Shown piece by piece: positions 16,892-23,911 of a stretch of 33,567 bases of DNA (position 1 is the first letter of the stretch; each line of letters starts with the position of its first letter). Origin of the DNA: an uncultured Clostridia bacterium (GTDB taxonomy: Bacteria; Acidobacteriota; Aminicenantia; UBA2199); the NCBI GenBank assembly GCA_964449545.1, contig CAYVBC010000003.1, forward strand, positions 1 through 33,567. The letters run 5' to 3'. The notes under the pieces were generated by a model. That model had not been told where the DNA came from. It was given only the letters and a program-made list of their open reading frames with translations, and did no database searches. The position numbers and the translations under genes were made by a program.

Positions 16892-17185
16892 ATGAAAAAG
16901 TTAATCGTGAAATTCCCGTGCCCGGGAGAGAATCCCTTTGATACCCGGGTGGAAGTCAGTTTTATTGAAAGCATGGAACAGCGTCAGTCGATGTGCGATC
17001 ACCTGGAGGCGGCCGGATTTCAGGTGGATCCCCTCAAGGATGAAGAGATCCTGATTGCCCGACACCTCACTACGGAACCCGCGGCAGCGGAAGAAGCCGT
17101 ACGACTGCTGGGCAAAAACGGGTTTGTGGATTCCCAGACTGATCGACACGATACCTCCACGCCTTCTCAGAAAAGTACCTGCTGA
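16892..17185 (+). CDS. Small hypothetical protein (97 aa)
   Basis: SD AAGAGG lies upstream. The composition is protein-like (MKKLIVKFPCPGENPF..), and the stop is 7 nt before the apbE ATG. No family was recognised. Confidence 0.45.
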   Translation: MKKLIVKFPCPGENPFDTRVEVSFIESMEQRQSMCDHLEAAGFQVDPLKDEEILIARHLTTEPAAAEEAVRLLGKNGFVDSQTDRHDTSTPSQKSTC

Positions 17186-17192
17186 TCCGCGC

Positions 17193-18164
17193 ATGTCCTG
17201 GTTCCGCTGTCGGGGGGATGCCATGGGTTCCCCATGGACACTGACCGTCCCCCCCCCTGTATCCGAGACCGCTCTGGCGGGTTTACCCGACATGTGCGCC
17301 TCCCTTCTTGAAAAATGTGAAACGCAGTTGAGTCGCTGGCGTGATGGGTCGGTTGCCCAACTCAATCGACTCGCCGGCAGGGCAGATCTCGATCCGGGAA
17401 ATGATCTTTGGCGGGATCTGATTCGACTAAGCCACCTCTCACTGCTTACCGGCGGTGCTTTCGACATTCTCCTTGGAAGACTTGTGGACCTGTGGGGATT
17501 CGGACCCGGGGGGCAAAAATCCGGCTCTGAGCCCCCATCGGTCCGGGACTTGAAATCGGCTCGGGAAGCCTCCGGAATACGGCATCTTCACCTGGATCAC
17601 ACTCTCCGGAGAGCCAGGATTCTCTGTCCGGGAGCCATCATGGACCTGGGTGGTGTGGGCAAGGGAATCGCCCTGGAAAAGCTGGAAAATCTTCTTGGGG
17701 GAAAGGGAATCCGGAACGCCCTGGTCAGCCTGGGCGGGAGTTCCATCCTCGCCCTGGGCAAACCACCCGGAGAATATGGCTGGGTGATCGGTCTCGCGGC
17801 CTCCCCCACGCACTCACGGGATGCCCATATTCAACTGCGCGACCGCTGCCTGACCACCAGCGGAACCACCACCGGAATCTCTACCGCGAAAAACAGATAC
17901 GGTCATATCATTCATCCCGCTTCAGCAACTCCGATCCCCACGGGAATCCGGGTCTCCGTGGTAACGAGAAATCCCCTTCTGGGAGAGGTGATCGCCACCG
18001 CATGGCCCCTCATGGATGATCCGCATCGAAGCTCAATAATGCAACGGTATCCCGGAATTTCAATCATCGAATTCCCTCCGGGTGGAGGCTTGGCGGAGTT
18101 CCCCGGACCGATCCCCGGGTTGAGGTTTAAAAATAATTATGGGAGGGGCTCCCTGCGCGTCTGA
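17193..18164 (+). CDS. apbE: FAD:protein FMN transferase (ApbE family), no signal peptide
   Basis: Motifs [44 protein letters not shown] and TTSGT..YGHIIHP. The start is taken at ATG 17193, and the conserved core begins within 10 aa of it. Confidence 0.85.
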   Translation: MSWFRCRGDAMGSPWTLTVPPPVSETALAGLPDMCASLLEKCETQLSRWRDGSVAQLNRLAGRADLDPGNDLWRDLIRLSHLSLLTGGAFDILLGRLVDLWGFGPGGQKSGSEPPSVRDLKSAREASGIRHLHLDHTLRRARILCPGAIMDLGGVGKGIALEKLENLLGGKGIRNALVSLGGSSILALGKPPGEYGWVIGLAASPTHSRDAHIQLRDRCLTTSGTTTGISTAKNRYGHIIHPASATPIPTGIRVSVVTRNPLLGEVIATAWPLMDDPHRSSIMQRYPGISIIEFPPGGGLAEFPGPIPGLRFKNNYGRGSLRV

Positions 18165-18235
18165 TCAGAGGGAGTCATGAACCCGGCCAAACTCCACCCG
18201 CTTTACCGGAGGCCTGTTTTTCGCTACAATGGATC

Positions 18236-19255
18236 ATGACCATTCGCGAAAGACTCGAAGAGCAGGAAGACCGACTTCACCCGGGTGCGGCCCGCAGCAG
18301 CAGGGCCCGGAGAATCCGGACCGAACGCAAATCACCGGTGAGAACTGAATTCCAACGGGACCGCGACCGTATTCTCCATGCGAAAGCGTTCCGGCGCCTG
18401 AAGCGCAAAACCCAGGTATTCATCAGCCCTGAAGGCGATCATTACCGGACACGTCTGACCCATACGCTGGAGGTCAGCCAGATTTCCCGCACCATCGCAC
18501 GGGCCTTGAATATCAACGAAGACCTCACGGAAGCCATCGCTCTGGGACACGATCTGGGGCACACCCCCTTTGGCCACGCGGGAGAACGCGTCCTGGATCA
18601 ACTCTATACCGAGGGCTTCCGCCACTACCAGCAAAGCCTTCGAGTCGTGGACCACCTGGAATACAAGGGAAAGGGGCTGAACCTCACATTGCCGGTCCGT
18701 GATGGAATCCTCAAGCATTCAAAGGGCAAGGGTCCGATTTTGACTCCGGGAGATCCGGATATGCCCGCCACCCTGGAGGGACAAGTGGTCCGCGTGTCGG
18801 ACATCATCGCCTATGTGAACCACGACGTGGATGACGCGCTCCGCGCCGGAATGATCTCAAGGGAAGAGATCCCCGGAGAGGCCAGACAATTGCTTGGCAC
18901 CACATTCGCAAAACGCATCGACACGGTGGTCCAGAGTGTCATTTTCAGCACCCTGGATGTAAACCTGGAACAGATCACCGTGACACCTGAAATACTCTCC
19001 GCTCTGGAACAATTGAGAAGTTTCCTGTTTGAAAGGGTCTACCTTGTAAAGGGATCGGAAACGGAGATGCATAAGATCGAACACATTCTTACCACCATCA
19101 TCCACCATGTTCGTGAAAACCCCGAACCCTATATCCACCCCTGGCCCGCTGAAGACAATGAAGAGCGACGCATCATTGATTTTATCGCCGGAATGACGGA
19201 TAAATACGCTCTGAACCTGTTCAATCGAATCGTAACCCCGCGCTACCGCTTTTAA
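18236..19255 (+). CDS. dgt: dGTP triphosphohydrolase-like HD-domain protein
   Basis: Motifs [40 protein letters not shown] and [11 protein letters not shown]. Confidence 0.9.
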   Translation: MTIRERLEEQEDRLHPGAARSSRARRIRTERKSPVRTEFQRDRDRILHAKAFRRLKRKTQVFISPEGDHYRTRLTHTLEVSQISRTIARALNINEDLTEAIALGHDLGHTPFGHAGERVLDQLYTEGFRHYQQSLRVVDHLEYKGKGLNLTLPVRDGILKHSKGKGPILTPGDPDMPATLEGQVVRVSDIIAYVNHDVDDALRAGMISREEIPGEARQLLGTTFAKRIDTVVQSVIFSTLDVNLEQITVTPEILSALEQLRSFLFERVYLVKGSETEMHKIEHILTTIIHHVRENPEPYIHPWPAEDNEERRIIDFIAGMTDKYALNLFNRIVTPRYRF

Positions 19256-19280
19256 ACGCCACTCACATTTTGTTGTACAG

Positions 19281-19309
19281 TTGACAAATCAGAAGTATAA
19301 CCGCATAAT
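19281..19309 (+). promoter_or_regulatory. Near-consensus sigma70 promoter TTGACA-17-CATAAT of the sulfur operon
   Basis: TTGACA 19281-19286, a 17-nt spacer, CATAAT 19304-19309. Confidence 0.55.
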
Positions 19310-19311
19310 AT

Positions 19312-19329
19312 CTATATCGTTCAATATAG
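19312..19329. promoter_or_regulatory. Inverted repeat CTATAT-N6-ATATAG at the predicted transcription start
   Basis: CTATAT 19312-19317 and ATATAG 19324-19329, starting 3 nt after the -10 hexamer. This is a candidate operator. Confidence 0.4.
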
Positions 19330-19383
19330 TTTTGTTCGATTATTCGCTCCATGGGTTGACGCTCAGGATTGTCAGGAGGTTTG

Positions 19384-20616
19384 ATGCGAAAACTGGTCAT
19401 TATCGGAGGCGGTGCCGCCGGCACCATGCTTGCAAACAAACTGGTTCGAACCCATCCAATGAAGGAATGTGAAATCACCGTTATTGATAAGAATTCAATT
19501 CATTACTACCAACCGGGATTTCTCTTTATTCCCTTCGGAGTGTATTCAGACCAGATGGTTCAACGCCCACTGAGGGATTACCTGCCGCCTGAAGTTCGCT
19601 TCATTCAGGCGGGTGTCGATGTCATCGAGGCCGACCGCAACCGTGTGATTCTCGAGGACCAGAAGGCCATTGAATATGACTGCCTGGTTATTGCCACTGG
19701 ATCACGAATCGTCCCATCGGAAAACGAGGGGCTTGACGGGCCCGGGTGGCGAAAAAACATATTTGACTTCTATACCCTTGAGGGCGCCCTGGCCCTGCAG
19801 CGCCATCTGCGCTACTGGGAGGGAGGGAAACTGGTCCTCAATGTCGCGGAAATGCCCATCAAGTGCCCGGTGGCGCCCCTGGAGTTCATCTTTCTCGCTG
19901 ACTGGTGGTTCACGGAACAGAACATGCGGGACAAGGTGGAACTGGAATTTGCCACTCCACTTTCCGGTGCCTTTACCCGCCCCATATCCTCCAGATACTT
20001 GGGTGAGATCGTGGCTCAGAAAAATATCCGCATCCTGCCGGACTTTCAACTGGCATCCGTGGATTCCACAGCAAAAACCATCACCGCCTACGATGGGAAA
20101 AGTACGGGGTACGATCTCCTGGTAACGATTCCCACCAACATGGGCAGCCCCCTGATTGAGCGTTCCGGCCTGGGGGATGAGTTTCATTTCGTTCCCACGG
20201 ATCGTCACACACTGCAATCGAAGGCCCATGAAAACATCTTCGTCATGGGAGACGCCACCGATCTGCCCAGTTCCAAGGCGGGATCCGTCGCCCACTTTCA
20301 GGTGGAAACCGTGGCGCAAAACCTGGTTCGCTTCATGGATGGAAAGGAACTTCACGCCAGTTTTGACGGTCACGCCAACTGCTTCATCGAGTCCGGATTC
20401 GGCAAGGGCATCCTGATTGACTTTAATTACGAAACGGAGCCTCTGCCCGGAAAGTTCCCCGTTCCCGGTGTAGGTCCGTTTTCTCTTCTGGAGGAGACCC
20501 GCGTCAACCACTGGGGAAAGATGACCTTCCGCTGGGTGTACTGGAACCTCCTCATGCGGGGAGCGGAGCTCCCCCTGGAACCTCATATGCAGATGGCCGG
20601 TAAACGGCGTGATTAG
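19384..20616 (+). CDS. Sulfide:quinone oxidoreductase-like FAD-dependent pyridine nucleotide-disulfide oxidoreductase
   Basis: Start at ATG 19384 after SD CAGGAGG. Rossmann motif VIIGGGAAG, SQR-type HYYQPGF, and GD motif VMGDATD. Cys161 (PIKCPVAPLE) and Cys333 (HANCFIE) sit where the SQR redox cysteines lie, from my memory of the A. ferrooxidans and A. aeolicus enzymes. Confidence 0.75.
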   Translation: MRKLVIIGGGAAGTMLANKLVRTHPMKECEITVIDKNSIHYYQPGFLFIPFGVYSDQMVQRPLRDYLPPEVRFIQAGVDVIEADRNRVILEDQKAIEYDCLVIATGSRIVPSENEGLDGPGWRKNIFDFYTLEGALALQRHLRYWEGGKLVLNVAEMPIKCPVAPLEFIFLADWWFTEQNMRDKVELEFATPLSGAFTRPISSRYLGEIVAQKNIRILPDFQLASVDSTAKTITAYDGKSTGYDLLVTIPTNMGSPLIERSGLGDEFHFVPTDRHTLQSKAHENIFVMGDATDLPSSKAGSVAHFQVETVAQNLVRFMDGKELHASFDGHANCFIESGFGKGILIDFNYETEPLPGKFPVPGVGPFSLLEETRVNHWGKMTFRWVYWNLLMRGAELPLEPHMQMAGKRRD

Positions 20617-20624
20617 GAGGCAGG

Positions 20625-21290
20625 ATGGAAACTGAAATCAAAACCATCCATCGGAAAATCGATGGTCTGGCCACGGACATGGAAAAGATCACCCGCCGCC
20701 TGCAAAGCCTGGATGAATTGAAAGAAGACGTATCCCTGTTTACGAATGATGCGTTCTCTTCACTGATTCAATTTCTGGGGGAAGTGGAAGGCCAGTTCCA
20801 GACCCGGGATCTACTCTCCCTGATTCAGAAAGCCCTGCGCAACCTTCGCGGCCTCGCCTCCCTGCTGGATCAACTGCAGAGTTTCCGTGAACTGATGGAA
20901 GACGCCTCGCCGCTCTTTAAAGAGATGTTTTCAGAATTTGTCCACCAGCTGGATCAAATGGAAAAGGAGGGTGTTTTACAGAACCTTGTCGGCGTGGCCC
21001 AGTCCCTGACACGAATGATATCGGAGTTTTCTCCCAGTGAAATCGAAAGGATCTTCGCGGGCGCAACCCGGGCGGGAAAAGCGGCGGCCCACCTGGCCAC
21101 AGAGGACAACCTGGCCTGGCTGGAGCGGGTGGCCCTTGCGGCGGCAAATCGGGACACCTCCTCCGCAGGCAGTCCCTCCCTGTTTCGCATTATGCGCAAA
21201 GCCCGTCATCCGGCCCTGCGCAGCCAAATCAACAATCTGATGGATATCATGATCAAGGCGTCCGATGAGGATGCCGAAAAAAGGAGATAA
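20625..21290 (+). CDS. DUF1641-type helical protein
   Basis: 221 aa, Cys-free and predicted all-helical. The C-terminal SLFRIMRKARHPALRSQINNLMDIMIKA resembles the DUF1641 motif. It begins 8 nt after the flavoprotein stop, with SD GGAGG. Confidence 0.6.
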   Translation: METEIKTIHRKIDGLATDMEKITRRLQSLDELKEDVSLFTNDAFSSLIQFLGEVEGQFQTRDLLSLIQKALRNLRGLASLLDQLQSFRELMEDASPLFKEMFSEFVHQLDQMEKEGVLQNLVGVAQSLTRMISEFSPSEIERIFAGATRAGKAAAHLATEDNLAWLERVALAAANRDTSSAGSPSLFRIMRKARHPALRSQINNLMDIMIKASDEDAEKRR

Positions 21291-21291
21291 A

Positions 21292-21603
21292 ATGGAAAAA
21301 GAAATAGCCGGAAAACCGGTTGAGCTAACCGATGACGGATACCTGGCCGATAACGGGCAGTGGACCCGGGAGATCGCCATGGAACTGGCCCGTGAAGAGG
21401 GTATCGAAACACTATCAGATCGCCATTGGGAAGTGATTGATTACCTGAGAAAGTCCCACGCCGAAGGCCTCGCGTTGAGCATCCGACGCATCGGCAAATC
21501 CGGCGTGGTATCCATCCAGGATTTCTATCAACTCTTTCCGGGAGGCCCGCTGAAAAAGGCATCCCGCATTGCCGGTATTCCCAAACCGGCCAGTTGCGTC
21601 TGA
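21292..21603 (+). CDS. TusE/DsrC-family sulfur carrier (single-Cys, TusE type)
   Basis: 103 aa, collinear with my recollection of E. coli TusE. The C-terminal arm is LFPGGPLKKASRIAGIPKPASCV. The penultimate Cys (CysA) is present, and Ser replaces the second DsrC cysteine (CysB). The ATG is 1 nt after the upstream stop, with SD AAGGAGA. Confidence 0.85.
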   Translation: MEKEIAGKPVELTDDGYLADNGQWTREIAMELAREEGIETLSDRHWEVIDYLRKSHAEGLALSIRRIGKSGVVSIQDFYQLFPGGPLKKASRIAGIPKPASCV

Positions 21604-21620
21604 AAACCACGGAGAAAATT

Positions 21621-22112
21621 ATGGAAAATCCGAAACCCATTCACAAAGTATCCATCATCTGTGCCAAGGGATCGATTGAGGACGTATACGCTTCACTGGT
21701 GCTTGCAAACGGTGCCCGTATGGAGGGAATTGAAGCACAGATCTTCTTCACCTTTTTCGGTATGGACGCCATCCTTCCCGGTCGCATGAAAAGTCTGCAC
21801 ACGGCCACGGTGGGAAATCCTTCACTGACCATGCCCGGCGGATTGCCCTTTCCCACTTTCCTGGGCGTTCTCCCCGGTGTAGAAGCGGGAGTCTCCGTCA
21901 TGATGCGCAGAAAGATGGAGAAGCTGGACATCCCGCCGGTGGATGAATTCCTGGAAATCTTCAAAGCATCCGGAGGCCATGTGTATGCCTGCAAAATGGC
22001 AATGGACATGTTCGGGATTGACAGGTCCGATCTCTGGGAAGGCGTCGATGCGGTTCTCACCGTGGGAGAGTTCTACGAAAAGTCCGCGGGAGCGCAGATT
22101 ATCTTCACTTGA
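21621..22112 (+). CDS. DsrE/DsrF-like (DsrE3/COG2210-type) sulfurtransferase-like protein
   Basis: 163 aa: KVSIICAKGSIEDVYASLVLANGA..IFFTFFGMDA..GGHVYACKMAMDMFG. Two Cys residues (C14, C124). SD GGAGAA precedes the ATG at 21621. Confidence 0.7.
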   Translation: MENPKPIHKVSIICAKGSIEDVYASLVLANGARMEGIEAQIFFTFFGMDAILPGRMKSLHTATVGNPSLTMPGGLPFPTFLGVLPGVEAGVSVMMRRKMEKLDIPPVDEFLEIFKASGGHVYACKMAMDMFGIDRSDLWEGVDAVLTVGEFYEKSAGAQIIFT

Positions 22113-22182
22113 GATTGAAGTACCCGGGGCCACGGATTCCGGTATGGTCTACCGGGGCCATACGTGCTAGAATTATATTGTT

Positions 22183-22629
22183 ATGAAACGAGACAGACCA
22201 TCCATTGAGCCTGTGTATACCATCGGCGTCGCCTCACGCATTCTCGGCGTATCGGTCCATTCCCTGCGACAGTACGAACGTGAGGGGTTACTGGTTCCGC
22301 ATAAAACCAGTTCAGGCCATCGGCTGTACTCGGATCTTGAACTGGAAAAAGTTCGCTGCATCAGACACATGATTCACGAAAAGGGGTTGAATTTCGCCGG
22401 CATCCGCCACCTGATCGCACTGGTTCCCTGTTTCCACCTGAGACATTGCCCCGAAGAAATCCGCCACAAATGTCCCATGATGGGAGATCGAAACGCGCCC
22501 TGCTGGGCCAAACCCAATACCTGTGCCAGCCCGTTCCCCTCCTGCAGACATTGCCCCGTGTACCAGGGTATCGTAAGTTGCAGTGACATTCAGCGCTTCA
22601 TCTCCCGGGAAAATAATGGATTGACATGA
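22183..22629 (+). CDS. MerR-family (HspR-like) transcriptional regulator with Cys-rich C-terminal extension
   Basis: The N-terminal wHTH is YTIGVASRILGVSVHSLRQYEREGLLVPHKTSSGHRLYS. The C-terminal 50 aa hold 8 Cys (C83, 89, 97, 107, 114, 121, 124, 133). Confidence 0.85.
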   Translation: MKRDRPSIEPVYTIGVASRILGVSVHSLRQYEREGLLVPHKTSSGHRLYSDLELEKVRCIRHMIHEKGLNFAGIRHLIALVPCFHLRHCPEEIRHKCPMMGDRNAPCWAKPNTCASPFPSCRHCPVYQGIVSCSDIQRFISRENNGLT

Positions 22630-22678
22630 ACAATCCTCCATGCGAAAATTTTTCTAAATCATCGGAGGGATTTCACTC

Positions 22679-22864
22679 ATGCCCACTGAACATGTAGACA
22701 AAGAATTGCTTGCCGTACTGGCCTGCCCCGTCTGTCACGGGGACATTGAAGAGATGAACGGCCCGCCTCCGGAACTTCGATGCCTCGCTTGCGGACGCAG
22801 GTACCCGGTGCGGGAAGGAATTCCCATCATGCTTCCGGAGGAAGCGCGGCAGGAAAATTCCTGA
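22679..22864 (+). CDS. Trm112/YcaR-family small zinc-ribbon protein
   Basis: 61 aa: LLAVLACPVCHGD..LRCLACGRRYPVREGIPIMLPEEA. SD GGAGGGA lies upstream. Confidence 0.8.
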   Translation: MPTEHVDKELLAVLACPVCHGDIEEMNGPPPELRCLACGRRYPVREGIPIMLPEEARQENS

Positions 22865-22921
22865 TCCGGCGCCCGGCTCATGCATCCACCTTCACCCCGC
22901 TGCCTCCTTGGAGCGGAAACC

Positions 22922-23911
22922 GTGGGCGACGATATTCTTTTTCTACGCCCCCGCCTGATGGGCGACATTATTTTCACAATCCCCGCCATATCTCTTTTTG
23001 CCCGTCATTTTCCTCATGTGCGCATCCATTACGTGGTGGAGCCCGCATTCGAAGAGCTGGCCCGCCTGATTCCATCCGTCCACAAGGTGATCACCGTCCG
23101 GCGCGACGCGGGATTTCCGGAGTTGAAAAGATTCCGCCAGGGAATCCGCGGGATTGGATTCCGCGTGGCCGTTGATTTCCATTCAGGACCCCGAAGCGCT
23201 CTGCTTACGCGTATCACCGGGATTCCGTTCCGGATCGGCTACCGAACCGCCAACCGCAACTGGGCCTATACCGCTTTTTCTCCCCGCCACCTTCCCCGAT
23301 CACCGGTTCACTCCGTGAACAACCAGGTTCGTCTTCTGGAGCATTTTGACATTCCCCACCGCCCCGTCCCCTTTTATCCCGAGATTCCGCTACCCCCGGA
23401 TTCCGCGCTTCCGGAAACGGAACCGGATCCCCTCCGGGTGGTCATCCATGTCGGGGCGGGCAACCGCTTCCGCGAATGGGGGGAAAGCCACTTCAGACAG
23501 CTTTGTGAACTGCTGTTGGAAGCCGGATTATCCGTCTCTCTCATCGGCCACTCGGAAGCGGAACGCGCCACGGCGTCGAGGCTTGAACGAGACCTCGATG
23601 TGCGCAACCTCACCGGTCGCCTTCCTGTTTCGTCCACTCTGAGGCTGATCTCCGGTTCAGGGGTCTACGTGGGGGTGGATTCAGGACCTCTCCACCTGGC
23701 CTCCCTGACCCGTACACCACTGGTGGCTCTTTTCGGTCCCAACCTCCCCGCCGTGAGCGGCCCCTGGCGCAATCGAGATGTCACCATCCTTCAAACCCGC
23801 CTGGACTGCCGCCCCTGTTCGCAGCATCGCTGCCGGTATGATACAATCAGATGCATGCAGGAGATCGATGCACATGACGTATTCAAAGCCGTTTTACGCC
23901 ATATCCGCTGA
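22922..23911 (+). CDS. Glycosyltransferase family 9 (LPS heptosyltransferase-like)
   Basis: ILFLRPRLMGDIIFTIPAI at the N-terminus and GVDSGPLHLA near the C-terminus. GTG 22922 (SD GGAG 8 nt upstream) is preferred as the start. The longest ORF starts at ATG 22880. Confidence 0.82.
   Translation: MGDDILFLRPRLMGDIIFTIPAISLFARHFPHVRIHYVVEPAFEELARLIPSVHKVITVRRDAGFPELKRFRQGIRGIGFRVAVDFHSGPRSALLTRITGIPFRIGYRTANRNWAYTAFSPRHLPRSPVHSVNNQVRLLEHFDIPHRPVPFYPEIPLPPDSALPETEPDPLRVVIHVGAGNRFREWGESHFRQLCELLLEAGLSVSLIGHSEAERATASRLERDLDVRNLTGRLPVSSTLRLISGSGVYVGVDSGPLHLASLTRTPLVALFGPNLPAVSGPWRNRDVTILQTRLDCRPCSQHRCRYDTIRCMQEIDAHDVFKAVLRHIR

Noticed and set aside
16901-17467. A 188-aa minus-strand ORF overlapping the small ORF and the apbE start.
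   Set aside because: The translation is Arg/Ser-rich and low in complexity. It lies opposite the conserved ApbE N-terminal motifs and has no SD.
19256-22182. A search for HspR HAIR operators (CTTGAGT-N7-ACTCAAG) near the MerR/HspR-like gene and the sulfur operon.
   Set aside because: No match was found in the intergenic regions. The isolated ACTCAAG at about 32833 has no partner half-site.
22862-22924. The Trm112-like ORF and the GT9 ORF are in the same frame, separated by a TGA (possible read-through, selenocysteine or fusion).
   Set aside because: Both proteins are complete, normal-length family members. GT9 has its own SD and GTG start, no SECIS-like hairpin is evident, and a shared frame is expected by chance one time in three.
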